Source: Mobula hypostoma
Taxonomy: Eukaryota
NCBI RefSeq assembly: GCF_963921235.1
Contig: NC_086097.1
Location: 128,094,001-128,158,000, forward strand
Length of the DNA stretch: 64,000 nucleotides
Direction of reading: 5' to 3'
Shown: piece by piece, positions 37,430 through 49,680 of the stretch
How positions within the stretch are numbered: position 1 is the first letter of the stretch
Layout of the letters: each line of letters opens with the position of its first letter
Notes under the pieces: generated by a model
What the model saw: the letters and a program-made list of their open reading frames with translations, nothing else
What the model was told of the DNA's origin: nothing
Database searches by the model: none
Translations under genes and position numbers: made by a program

Positions 37430-39023
37430 GGATTTTAAGGGAGAGGAGGTGTTGAAGTTGTTAAAATATATTAGGGCAGATAAGTCCCCGGGCCTGACAG
37501 AATATTCCCCAGGCTGCTACATGAGGCGAGGGAAGAGATTGCTGAGTCTCCGGCTAGGATCTTTATGTCCTTGTTGTCCACGGGAATGGTATCAGAGGAT
37601 TGGAGGGAGGCGAATGTTGTCCCCTTGTTCAAAAAAGGTAGTAGGGATAGTCCGGGTAATTATAGACCAGTGAGCCTTACACCTGTGGTGGGAAAGCTGT
37701 TGGAAAAGATTCTTAGAGATAGGATCTATAGGCATTTAGAGAAACATGGTCTGATCAGGGTCAATCAGCATGGCTTTGTGAAGGGCAGATCATGTCTAAC
37801 AAGCCTGAGAGAGTTCTTTGAGGAGGTGACCAGGCATATAGATGAGGGTAGTGCAGTGGATGTGATCTATATGGATTTTACTAAAGCATTTGACAAGGTT
37901 CTACATGGTAGGCTTATTCAGAAAGTTAGAAGGCATGGGATCCAGGGAAGTTTGGCCAGGTGGATTCAGAATTGGCTTGCCTGCAGAAGGCAGAGGGTCG
38001 TGGTGGAGGAGGTACATTTAGATTGGAAGATTGTGTCTAGTGGTGTCCCACAAGGATCTGTTCTGGGACCTCTACTTTTCGTGATTTTTATTAACGACCT
38101 GGACGTGGGGGTAGAAGGGTGGGTTGGCAAGTTTGTAGACGACACAAAGGTTGGTGGTGTTGTAGGTAGGGTAGATTATTGTCGAAGACTACAGAGAGAC
38201 ATTGATAGGATGCAGAAGTGGGCTGAGAAGTGGCAGATGGAGTTCAACCCAGAGAAGTGTGAGGTGGTACACTTTGGAAGGACAAACTCCAAGACGGACT
38301 ACAAAGTAAATGGCAGGATACTTGGTAGTGTGGAGGAGCAGAGGGATCTGGGGGTACATGTCCACAGATCTCTGAAAGTTGCCTCACAGGTAGATAGGGT
38401 AGTTAAGAAAGCTTATGGGGTGTTAGCTTTCATAAGTCCAGGGATAGAGTTTAAGAGTCGCGATGTAATGATGCAGCTCTATAAAACTCTGGTTAGGCCG
38501 CAATTGGAGTACTGTGTCCAGTTCTGGTCGCCTCACTATAGGAAGGATGTAGAAGCATTGGAAAGGGTACAGAGGAGATTTACCAGGATGCTGCCTGGTT
38601 TAGAGAGTATGCATTATGATCAGAGTTTAAGGGAGCTAGGGCTTTACTCTTTGGAGAGGAGGAGGATGAGAGGAGACATGATAGAGGTGTACAAGATAAT
38701 AAGAGGAGTAGATAGAGTGGATAGCCAGCGCCTCTTCCCCAGGGCACCACTGCTCACTACAAGAGGACATGGCTTCAAGGTAAGGGGTGGGAAGTTCAAG
38801 GGGGATATTAGAGGAAGGTTTTTTACTCAGAGAGTGGTTGGTGCGTGGAATGCACTGCCTGAGTCAGTGGTGGAGGCAGATACACTCGTGAAGTTTAAGA
38901 GAGTACTAGACAGGTATATGGAGGAAGTTAAGGTGGGGGGTTATATGGGAGGCAGGGTTTAAGGGTCGGCACAACATTGTGGGCCGAAGGGCATGTACTG
39001 TGCTGTACTATTCTATGTTCTAT
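37430..39023 (+). mobile_element. Young CR1 LINE, 5'-truncated
   Basis: Long open RT frame; (TTCTATG)n tail; nearly the same sequence as 40832-42430 (-). Confidence 0.97.
37565..38962 (+). CDS. CR1 ORF2 RT domain and C-terminus (465 aa, N-truncated)
   Basis: NYRPVSLT, QHGFVKGRSCLT, DFTKAFDKV, SGVPQGSVLGP, KFVDDTK. Confidence 0.85.
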   Translation: MSLLSTGMVSEDWREANVVPLFKKGSRDSPGNYRPVSLTPVVGKLLEKILRDRIYRHLEKHGLIRVNQHGFVKGRSCLTSLREFFEEVTRHIDEGSAVDVIYMDFTKAFDKVLHGRLIQKVRRHGIQGSLARWIQNWLACRRQRVVVEEVHLDWKIVSSGVPQGSVLGPLLFVIFINDLDVGVEGWVGKFVDDTKVGGVVGRVDYCRRLQRDIDRMQKWAEKWQMEFNPEKCEVVHFGRTNSKTDYKVNGRILGSVEEQRDLGVHVHRSLKVASQVDRVVKKAYGVLAFISPGIEFKSRDVMMQLYKTLVRPQLEYCVQFWSPHYRKDVEALERVQRRFTRMLPGLESMHYDQSLRELGLYSLERRRMRGDMIEVYKIIRGVDRVDSQRLFPRAPLLTTRGHGFKVRGGKFKGDIRGRFFTQRVVGAWNALPESVVEADTLVKFKRVLDRYMEEVKVGGYMGGRV

Positions 39024-39811
39024 TTTGATGCAAGTCAACATATTCCACTATATGTTTCGATGTTTCAACGTACTTGTGGCAAATAAAGCTAATATTTAAT
39101 CTTCAATACTGTTCTTATTTTAAAAATTCATTTAAGAGATGTGAGTTTCACAGGCTTAGCCAGCATTTAATTGTTCATCCTTAGTTGCCCTAGAGAAGGT
39201 GACGATGAGCTGCCTCCTTGATCCATTGCGGTCTTTGACTTGTGGGTATACTCACAATGCTGTTAGGGAGGGAGCTCCTGGATTTTGACCCAGCAATGGT
39301 GAATGAATAGTGATATATTTCCAAGTGAGGGTGATGTGTAGCTTGGAGAACAACTTCCAGGTGGTGGGGATGAAATGCTTTTGCTGCCCTTGTCCCAGCT
39401 AGTAGAGATTGTGGGTTTGGGCAGTGCAGCCTACCTCTAGATGGTACACACTGCAGTTCCTGATGGTGGAGTGAGTGAATGGTTGTGGATGGGGTACCTA
39501 TTAAATGGGCTGCTGTGTCCTTTATAATGTCGAACTTCTTGGGTGTAGTTGAACCTACCCCCATCCAGGCATGTGGAGAGTGTTCCATCACATTCCCGAC
39601 TCCAGTCCCATATCTAGTGGGCTTTGGGTAGTAGATTGTGAGTTACTTTTCGCAGGCTCCTTGTCTCTGACCTGATCTTTTAGCCACATTGTGTATTTTA
39701 TAGGTACTCCAGTTCAGTTACTGGTCCTGGTAACCCCCATAGTGGGGCATTCAGTATTGGTAATGGCATTGAATGACCAGGGATAATAGCTGGATTTTCT
39801 CTTAGAAAAAG

Positions 39812-40354
39812 AGACATAGAAACAAAGAAAACCTACAGCACAATACAGGCCCTTTGGCCTACAAATCTGTGCTGAGCACGTCCTTACCTCAGAACTACCT
39901 AGGCTTACCCACAGCCTTCCATTTTCCTAAACTCCATGTATCCATCCAGGAGTCCCTTAAAAGACCCTATCATTTCCACCTCCACCACCGCTGCCAGCAG
40001 CCCATTCCACACACTCACTAGTCTCTGCGTAGAAAACCTACCCCTGACATCTCCTCTGTACCTACTTCCAAGCACCTTAAAAATATGCCCTTTCCTGCTA
40101 GCCATTTCAGACCTGGGAAAAAGCCTCTGACTATCCACATAATCAATGCCTCTCATTATCTTGTACACCTCTATCAGGTCACCTCTCATCCTCCATCGCT
40201 CCAAGGAGAGAAGGCCGGGTTCAGTCAACCTATTCTCATAAGGCATGCTCCCCAATCCAGGCAACATCCTTGTAAATTTCCTCTGCAGCCTTTCTATGGT
40301 TTCCACATCCTTTCTGTAGTGAGGCAACCAGAATTGTGCACAGTACTCCAAGTA
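39812..40354 (-). mobile_element. CR1 3' end
   Basis: LEYCAQFWLPHYRKD...RLVSVWNGL; CATAGAAAC tail. Confidence 0.92.
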
Positions 40355-40482
40355 GGTCGGATACTGTCATTGCTTGGGACTTGTGTGATACGAATCTTAC
40401 GTGCCATCTCTCAGCACGGGCCTGGGTATTGTCTAGATTTTGCTGCATTTGGGTGTGGTCAGTATCTGAGAAGATGAGAATG

Positions 40483-43400
40483 TCAAATTCATAGTCAAAG
40501 CAAATTTATTATCAAAGTACATATATTACCTTGAGATTCATTTCCTTGCAGGCATTTACAGAAAAATAAAGAAACAATAAAATTTCTGAAAAAAATCTAT
40601 ACATAAACAAAGACTGACAAACAACCAATGTGCAAAAGAGGACAAATGGTGCAAATAAAAAGTAAATAATACTGAGAATATAAGTTCTAGAGTCCTTGAA
40701 AGTGAGTCTGGAGGTAATGAAGTAAATTCAGATTTGTGGTGAGTGAAGTTATCCACACTGTTTAGGGAGCCTGATGGTTGTAGGATAATAAAAGTATTCT
40801 TGAACCTGTGCTTTGGGATATTAAGCTCCTGTAGAACATAGAACATAGAACAGTACAGCACAGTACAGGCCCTTCGACCCACAATGTTGTGCCGACCCTT
40901 AAACGCTGCCTCCCATATAAGCCCCCACCTTAAATTCCTCCATATACCTGTCTAGTAGTCTCTTAAATTTCACTAGTGTGTCTGCCTCCACCACTGACTC
41001 AGGCAGTTCATTCCACACACCAACCGCTCTCTGAGTAAAAAACCTTCCTCTAATATCCCCCTTGAACTTCCCATCCCTTACCTTAAAACCATGTCCTCTT
41101 GTACTGAGCAGTGGTGCCCTGGGGAAGAGGCGCTGGCTGTCCACTCTATCTATTCCTCTTAATATCCTGTATACCTCTATCATGTCTCCTCTCATCCTCC
41201 TTTTCTCCAAAAAGTGAAGCTTTAGCTCCCTTAATCTCTGATCATAATGCATACTCTCTAAACCAGGCAGCATCCTGGTAGATCTCTTCTGTACCCTTTC
41301 CAATGCTTCCACATCCTTCCTATAGTGAGGCGACCAGAACTGGACACAGTACTCCAAGTGTGGCCTAACCAGAGTTTTATAGAGCTGCATCATTACCTCA
41401 CGACTCTTAAACACTATCCCTCGACTTATGAAGGCTAACACCCCATAAGCTTTCTTAACTACCCTATCTACCTGTGAGGCAACTTTCAGAGATCTGTGGA
41501 CATATACCCCTAGATCCCTCTGCTCCTCCACACTACCAAATATCCTGCCATTTACTTTGTACTCTGCCTTGGAGTTTGTCCTTCCAAAGTGTACCATCTC
41601 ACACTTCTCGGGGTTGAACTCCATCTGCCACTTCTCAGCCCACTTCTGCATCCTATCAATGTCTCTCTGCAATCTTCGACAATCCTCTACACTATCCACA
41701 ACACCACCAACCTTTGTGTCATCTGTAAACTTGCCAACCCACCCTTCTACCCCAACATCCAGGTCATTATTCAAAATCACGAAAAGTAGAGGTCCCAGAA
41801 ATGATCCTTGTGGGACACCACTAGTCACAACCCTCCAATCTGAATGTACTCCCTCCACCACGACCCTCTGCTTTCTGCAGGCAAGCCAGTTCTGCATCTA
41901 CCTGGCCAAACTTCCCTGGATCCCATGCCTTCTGACTTTCTGAATAAGCTTACCGTGTAGACCCTTGTCAAATGCCTTACTAAAATTCATGTAGATCACA
42001 TCCACTGCACTACCCTCATCTATATGCCTGGTCACCTCCTCAAAGAACTCTATCAGGCTTGTTAGACACGATCTACCCTTCACAAAGCCATACTGACGGT
42101 CCCTGATCAGACAATGATTCTCTAAATGCCCATAGATCCTATCTCTAAGAATATTTTCCAACAGCTTTCCCAACACAGACGTAAGGCTCACTGGTCTATA
42201 ATTACCCGGACTATCCCTACTACCTTTTTCGAAAAAGGGGGCAACATTCGCCACCCTCCAATCCTCTGGTACCATTCCCGTGGATAACGAGGACATAAAG
42301 ATCCTAACCGGAGACTCAGCAATCTCTTCTCTCGCCTTGTGGAGCAGCCTGGGGGAATATTCCGTCAGGCCCCGGGAACTTATCTGTCTTGATGTATTTT
42401 AACAACTCCAACACCTCCTCTCCCTTATTATCAACATGCTCCAGAAAATCAACCTCATTCATATTGTTCTCACCGTCATCAAGTTCCATCTCATTGGTGA
42501 ATACCGAAGAGAAGTATTCATTGAGGACCTCGCTCACTTCCACAGCCTCCAGGCACATCTTCCCACCTTTATCTCTAATCGGTCCTACCTTCACTCCTGT
42601 CATCCTTTTGTTCTTCACATAATTGAAGAGTGCCTTGGGGTTTTCCTTTACCCTACTCACCAAGGCCTTCTCATGCCCCCTTCTTGCTCTTCTCAGCCTC
42701 TTCTTAAGCTCCTTTCTTGCTACCCTATATTCCTCAATAGACCCATCTGATCCTTGCTTCCTAAACCTCTTGTATGATGACTTCTTCCACCTGACTAGAT
42801 TTTCCACCTCACTTGTCACCCATGATTCCTTCACCCTACCATTCTTTATCTTTCTCACTGGGACAAATTTATCTCTAACATCCTGCAAGAGATCCCTAAA
42901 CATTGACCACATGTCCGTAGGTCATATCCCTGCAAAAACATCATCCCAATTCACACCCGCAAGTTCTAGCTTTATAGCCTCATAATTTGCCCTTCCCCAA
43001 TTAAAAATTTTCCTGTTCTCTCTGATTCTATCCTTTTCCATGATAATGTTAAAGGCCAGGGAGCGGTGGTCACTGTCCCCCAGATGCTCACCCACTGAGA
43101 GATCTGTGACCTGACCCATACATTCTGTACATTCTGCCTAATGGTAGAATGCAAGAAACGATCATTACGGGGGTCGTTGACGATGGATTCTGCATTCTTT
43201 TGGTAATGATCCAAGTAAATGTGCTCATTTGAGGAAGGGATTTGTCTGTGATGGGCAGGACTGCATCTACACTTTTCTGTAGACCTTTTTATTCTTGGGC
43301 ATTAGTGTTTCCAAACCAGTCCATGATGCAACCAGTTTGGATACTCTCCACTGTGCATCTATAGAAGTTAGTTTAAGTTTTAGATGACACGCAGAATACA

Positions 43401-43626
43401 CAAGCTTCTAAGAAAGTAGAGGTGCTGTCATGCCTTTTTTGTGATGACACTTACATATGTGCTGGTCTCAGGCCAGATACTCTGATATGATAATGACAAG
43501 GAACTTAAAGTTACTAACCCTCTCCGCCTCCGATCCCTGAATGAGAACTGGCGCTTGGATCTTCTTCCTCCTGTAGCCGATAATCAGCTCTTTGGTTTTG
43601 CTGATGTTGAGTGAGAGGTTGTTGTT
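40483..43626 (-). mobile_element. Rex1/Babar 3' part (40483-40831 and 43119-43626) split by a CR1
   Basis: NNNLSLNISKTKELII...NFKFL; HRFKNTF; Rex 3' UTR. Confidence 0.85.
40832..43118 (-). mobile_element. Young CR1 LINE, 5'-truncated at the end of the APE domain
   Basis: HLGDSDH, linker and RT in four ORF pieces (few stops or frameshifts); (TAGAACA)n tail. Confidence 0.97.
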
Positions 43627-44426
43627 GGTGCTGAACATTTTGCAATCATCAGCCAATACCCCTAATTCTGACTCTCTGATGAAGTCCAATGAAGCAGTTG
43701 AAGATGTTTGGGCCCAAGAATTATCCTGAGGAACTCTGACACAGAGGTCCTGTAGCTGTGATAATTGTTCTACAACCACCACAACAGTCTTCCTTTATGC
43801 TAGGTACAATTCAGTATAGGGGATCCAACTGATTCCCATTGATTCCAGTTTAACCTGGGCTCCTTGATTCCATACTCAAATAAATGCTACCTTGTTATCA
43901 AGGGTAGTTACACTGGAGTTTAGCTCTTTTGAACATGTTTAGACTAAGGTTGTAATGAGCTCAGGAGCTGGATGACTTGGGCAGAACCCAAAGTGAGCTT
44001 CTGTGAGCAAGCTATTACTAAGCAAGTGCTACTTGAAAGCACTATCCATTATCCCTTCTTCACTTTGCTGAACTTATGTCAAAGAAGGTTCAAATAAAGG
44101 AGGAGAGGTACAGAATGTTAGGCTTGGAATTTCAGAACTTGAGCAATAAATGACAAAGACAAGTTTATCATGTTTGAACATTCACCATTGCTGGCAAGGT
44201 CAGAATTTCAAGGGTGTCTACACTTCTCTTGAAAAGTGGTCATGAGCCTAGATGTTGGCTGCTTTGTGCTGAAGGCATTCCTACATTCTGCTGGTGGGGA
44301 GTTGCAGGATAGTGACAAAGGACAGTTCACAGGCAGGGGAGATGGAATCTTAATGGCAGTATATTTAACGCAAATGGTCAAGAATTTAAGAAATGTATCC
44401 GCACTTAATGAAAATCCTCAGACTTT

Positions 44427-45084
44427 ATGGTTGAAGCCCAGGATAAATGTGCATGACTCCAACAACAAATAGAAGTACCCAACAAGAACAACGGTGAGTT
44501 GGAAAGAGATTGGAGAATGGAGGAAATTATTACAAGGATACAAAAGGAAAAGGAATTTGTTGCAAAGTAAATTATCTGCATTCAGATTATCAGATGAAAA
44601 CATGGAAGCAAATGAAGAAGAACTCTGAGGTCTCAGTAAACAACTGCAGGCTACGATCCAAGAAAAGGAAAACCTGGAAAAGCAGATAGACTTGGAAAAA
44701 CAGCAATTTTAAAAGTATAATGTGCGATAATTACTATTCTTTAACAGGATGATTTTAGCCTTACAAGTGATGTAGATGAAATCAATGTAGTTGAGGTAAT
44801 GCAACTACGTGAAAACATGTGGCAAAATTAGGGAAGAATAGCAGTTTGCGGCATTATCTAATGAGTGCATTAAGCATTCATGAGGAATTGCAACTACAGA
44901 GTGATGCTAATAGAGAACTGCAGGCTGAACTAAATTGTCTAAAGTAGGGAACTCCAGGACATATTTGGTTGGAACACAAGAAGTCTCGCAGGTGGCGGTA
45001 ATGCACTGAAAACTGGTTGCCAACTGCCATAAAGCAAAGAAGAAGGAGGAGGAGGAGGAGGAGGATGACGACGACTGCGAATGA
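44427..45084 (+). pseudogene. Decayed coding remnant of an unidentified coiled-coil protein
   Basis: MVEAQDKCA*LQQQIEV...EEIITRIQKEKE / LLQSKLSAF...ANEEEL*GLSKQLQATIQEKENLEKQIDLEKQQF* / SIHEELQLQSDANRELQAELNCLK* / KAKKKEEEEEEDDDDCE*. Confidence 0.65.
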
Positions 45085-45239
45085 CTGAGGCTGGCTGAAC
45101 ACCATGTAACCTGGGAATTGGTTCTGTTTTCACACACCTATTACTCCTGTACCTCTAACTAGGTCAGGCCATAAGTTGAATATTTCTTATTGCCTTGATT
45201 TTATTTTCCTAAGAGGAATAAATAGATAAAAACTGTTCA

Positions 45240-45610
45240 AGTGTTTGAGTTTATTGTCATAGGCATACATACATAGAGTGTAAATGCCATGGTAACTTGC
45301 ATTTTGCAGCAGCAGATCAATACATTGCATGATAGAATGATATAATCTTAAATTTAAAATAACTCATAACTTACATGCAAAATCAACAATAACAAAAGCA
45401 CTAGTGCAAGATTGAGAGAGAAAATGAAGGGTAGACCACGGGAGTGTTAAGGTTCCTCTGATTGGTTCGAGAACCTGACAGCACTGGGGAAGAAGCTGTT
45501 GTTGAATCTTGAGGTGTGGGTCTTCAGGCTTCTGTGCCTCCTGCCTGATCGTAGCATCGAGAAGAGGGCATGACCTGAATGGCAGGAGTCCCTGATGATG
45601 GAGGATGGAG
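45240..45610 (-). mobile_element. Rex1/Babar 3' end
   Basis: GAAGAAGCTGTTGTTGAATC...CCTCCTGCCTGAT motif; TTTATTGTCA tail. Confidence 0.75.
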
Positions 45611-46452
45611 GAAGGATGAATTTCATGTGTTAACAAAGAATTCACTTCTTTTCTCAAATATTGAAGAATTTCCTGTGTCTGATAAATATTATCAGAATAT
45701 CGATTACTTCATAAGCTTAATAACCATCTGGCAACCTTGAAAAGAGAAATTAAAAGCTAGTAATATCAGAGTGATAAGTTAATGTTAAATTGTCATCTTT
45801 ACTCTCAATTAGATTATAGAATTAATGTTGGTGGGTGAGAGTGAAGAACCACTGTAAATAAACATATAGTTCTTGCCTTGACATTATTCTTGCCTGCTTT
45901 ATGTAGACAGGATCAGCCTTGACAGACCATCATCAGGGGAGAAGTTTCTCTACAAACAGTGAAATACATATTACGTGCTCTGGCACCTTAAAATTTATTT
46001 GCTTAAACCTCCAATTATGTTGCTCCTGCCCTTACTTTAAAATTCTGTCATCTAATTTATCTTGACAAATTAAATTTATCAAAGAAGTCACTCAACAAAA
46101 TTTTGAATTGGATATTACTTCTGAATTGTGAAGTCATGGTTAATGGAACACAATTATGCGACTAAATTAGGAGATCAGTTAACTGATAAAATAAATAATA
46201 CAGTACATATTTTTTGATGAATTCAACAGAACAGTATTTACTCATGAGATTTATATCTGAGATAGATATCAATTGGGGAGATTAATTTAGTATTAACTGG
46301 GAAATTAACAGCAGCTAATTCTGTTTGATTAAAGCCTTTATGATCATTTTTCCCAAGTTTTGTGATGGGTTGTTGAAGATTAAATGGATGTCTAAAACTG
46401 TTGAGCTTGTGTTGGAGTTATGAGCTGGTTATCAGAAAGGTGAGGTGCTGTT

Positions 46453-47505
46453 CATAGAAACATAGAAACATAGAAAATAGGTGCAGGAGTAGGCCATTCG
46501 GCCCTTCGAGCCTGCACCGCCATTTATTATGATCATGGCTGATCATCCAACTCAGAACCCAGCCTTCCCTCCATACCCGCTGACCCCTGTAGCCACAAGG
46601 GCCATATCTAACTTCCTTTTAAACATAGCTAATGAACTGGCCTCAACAGTTTGCTGTGGCAGAGAATTCCACAGATTCACCACTCTCTGTGTGAAGAAGT
46701 TTTTCCTAATCTCGGTCCTAAAAGGCTTCCCCTCTATCCTCAAACTGTGACCCCTCGTTCTGGACCTCCCCAACATCGGGAACAATCTTCCCGCATCTAG
46801 CCTGTCCAATCCCTTCAGGATCTTATACGTTTCAATCAGATCCCCCCTCAATCTTCTAAATTCCAACGAGTACAAGCCCAGTTCATCCAGTCTTTCTTCA
46901 TATGAAAGACCTGCCATCCCAGGAATCAATCTGGTGAACCTTCTTTGTACTCCCTCTATGGCAAAGATGTCTTTCCTCAGATTAGGGGACCAAAACTGCA
47001 CACAATACTCCAGGTGTGGTCTCACCAAGGCCTTGTACAACTGCAGTAGTACCTCCCTGCTCCTGTACTCGAATCCTCTCGCTATAAATGCCAGCATACC
47101 GTTCGCCTTTTTCACCGCCTGCTGTACCTGCATGCCCACTTTCAATGACTGGTGTATAATGACACCCAGGTCTCGTTGCACCTCCCCTTTTCCTAATCGG
47201 CCACCATTCAGATAATAATCTGTTTTCCTATTTTTGCCACCAAAGTGGATAACTTCACATTTATCCACATTAAATTGCATCTGCCATGAGTTTGCCCACT
47301 CACCCAACCTATCCAAGTCACCCTGCATCCTCTTAGCATCCTCCTCACTGCTAACACTGCCACCCAGCTTCGTGTCATCTGCAAACTTGGAGATGCTGCA
47401 TTTAATTCCCTCATCCAAGTCATTAATATATATTGTAAACAACTGGGGTCCCAGCACTGAGCCTTGCGGTACCCCACTAGTCACTGCCTGCCATTCTGAA
47501 AAGTT
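46453..47505 (-). mobile_element. Young CR1 (different subfamily), 5'-truncated, open frame
   Basis: SGVPQGSVLGPQLFTIYINDLD...KFADDTKLGG to the C-terminus without a stop; (CATAGAAA)n tail. Confidence 0.97.
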
Positions 47506-47738
47506 CCTTGCTCTGCCATTGACCTTCATCAGACCAGTGCAGACTTCCAAGGACAGAGGTCAATGAGTGAATGTGAAGAGAATGTACTTTCTTACACACA
47601 TTGAAAATACATGTTTTCACATGTCATGGATTTATATTCAAAGTTATTACTTGGGGGATGAGGAAGGGGCAGGAGAGAAAAACTGCCAGAATCTTTGGGC
47701 AGTTTTTGCTCATTTTCCTTGTTTGTTAAGAACATGTG

Positions 47739-48520
47739 TAGAGTCATAGAGTCACAGAGTCAAGCAGCATGGAAGCCAGTCCTTCGGTCCAGCTCATCTG
47801 TGTCAACCAAAATGCCAATCTAACCTAGTTCCATTTGCCTGCATTTAATATCATCATCATCATCATCATCAGGTGCCATGCCCAGTTTGAGCTTTGAATG
47901 CCATGGCCCACACACTCCTGTTTCAGGTCAAGTGGATCAATTCATTGGTATTCATTTCCAGTTCTCTGGCTGCTGTCTCCATCAACATTTGTCTTTGTCT
48001 TCCTCTTGCTTTCTTCCTTTCAATCTTTCCCATAATTACTGTGCATTCTAACTCCTCTTTCCTAATCACATGTCCAATGAAGTTACGTTGCCTTTTCATG
48101 ATCTCATACATTATTTCTCTTTTTGTGTTTGCTCTGTATCCTCGTTAGATAATCGTTTTGTCCATGATATTCTTTGCATCCTCCTCAAAAACCACATCTC
48201 TGCTGCTACAATTCATCTCCTCATGTTACTACATATTGTCCAACATTCTGAGCATTTAATATATATCCCCTTAAATCCACCCCATCCATGTGCATATTTC
48301 AATGTCACTTAAATGTTGTTATTCTATCTGCCACAACCAGTTCCTTTGGCAACTTATTCTATACACATACCACCCTCTGCATGAAAATGATGCCCTTCAG
48401 TTTCCTATTAAATCTTTCCTTTCTCACCTTGATTATATCCTCCAGATCTTGATTCCTGAACCCTGGGAAAACAATTGTGAGCATTTACCCTATATGTGCC
48501 ACATACCACTCTTCCTACTG
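47739..48520 (-). mobile_element. Old CR1 3' end split by an RTE
   Basis: TAGAGTCATAGAGTCA tail; the sequence resumes after 48251. Confidence 0.7.
47851..48251 (-). mobile_element. RTE-clade LINE 3' end
   Basis: SECWT...AAEMWFLRRMQRISWT, FIGHVIRKEELE...GKIERKKARGRQR; (TGA)n tail; TSD GCATTTAATA (47841-47850 / 48252-48261). Confidence 0.9.
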
Positions 48521-49309
48521 GAGCAGATATCAATTTGAGCCCCACTGACAATTGGTGATCAACCATAAGAATCTTGTTGAGAAGGCTTGTCTGCTACAGG
48601 TGGGTGGGTCAGTTATGGGGAGATAACACAGGACCTTCACTGGGTTGTAGGGTTGACACACTTCTCTACCAAAGAAGCTGGAAGGTTCTTTTTCCCTCCT
48701 CTAACCTGCAGGTGACCTCTGCTTTAATAGGAAACTGAAGGGCATATTCTCCCTCATCTGCGAAGGAGTCTGTACCTCCCACATTGTTTTACCAGGCACT
48801 TTAGAATCAGTAAAACCGAACGTCTTGGGTCAATCTCAATGAGAAATTATCCTAATAAGCTCTAATGGGACCTTTAGAGCCATTTGCAGTTGGGGATCAT
48901 TTCACACCTGTCTGTGTGGGGTAAATCTTGCCTCCTTCACTGGCACAATTTTGAGTGAATGTGAATAATCAGATTGACGATTACTCACAAATTACATCAT
49001 GTGTGGAATAAGCAATAAATTAGGTAGCATTTACATAGTAATCTGAATAAGTTTATTTATGAGTTGCCAGTGGCCCTTGACTATGATTTCAACTATGTTG
49101 GAGCTAAACATCATTTTTTACACTGCCTTTCAAAATAGTTCAGCGGTCTAACTGACTGGGCATTGAGATTACTCCATCAAGTATACAGTAGAGCAAAGGG
49201 CAACAATTGGGGCTTGGAACATGCCTGAAGCTCACTTGAGTTACAGGAGTTAAACAGCGTATTTCAACTATGTTGTTAGGAAATTTATGAGACAATGTTT
49301 GTTCATTCT

Positions 49310-49680
49310 CCTTCCAGCAAGCAGCCAATGTAATCCAGGAACCCTCCCTACTCAGCCATTCTCCCCCCTCCTCTCCTGTCAGGCAAAAGATCTGGAAAGT
49401 TAAAAGCACGTACCACTGGCCTCAAGGACAGCTTCTATCTGACTGTTATTAAAACATCTTGAATGGACCTCCTTATGAACTCTTGACCTCAGTCTATCTC
49501 TTCATGGCCCTTGCATTCCATTTGTTTACCTGCACTGCACTTTCTCTGTAGCTGTTCCACTATATTCTGCATCCTGTCTTCTCCTTACTCCCTTGATGTA
49601 CTTATGTATCGCATTATCTACCTGGACAGTACACAGACACTATGTCTTGGTACACGTGACACTAATGATAATAACGAACA
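49310..49680 (+). mobile_element. Rex1-like 3' end
   Basis: PLLSGKRSGKLKARTTGLKDSFY-like ORF end plus 3' UTR. Confidence 0.7.

Larger units (their letters stand above)
37190..39105 (+). mobile_element. V-SINE (37190-37430 plus tail 39024-39105) split by a CR1
   Basis: GGGATTCAACTCC B-box-like motif and TTGCTCTGGTTTCCTCCCACACTCCAAAG V-domain; the tail resumes after the CR1. Confidence 0.7.
39130..44070 (-). mobile_element. Old CR1/L2-superfamily LINE in three pieces (39130-39803, 40355-40482, 43627-44070)
   Basis: MEHSPHAWMG...KKFDIIKDTAAHLIG; MQQNLDNTQARAERWHVRF; VPQD...LADDC. The pieces follow RT order. Confidence 0.75.

Noticed and set aside
37565..38962. 465-aa RT ORF as a domesticated or host gene
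   Set aside because: It is the 5'-truncated ORF2 of a young CR1 with near-identical sister copies; an open frame reflects youth, not selection.
45031..45084. HMGB-like acidic tail as an HMGB pseudogene
   Set aside because: No HMG box upstream; it may be only a GAG/GAC microsatellite or the tail of the coiled-coil remnant.
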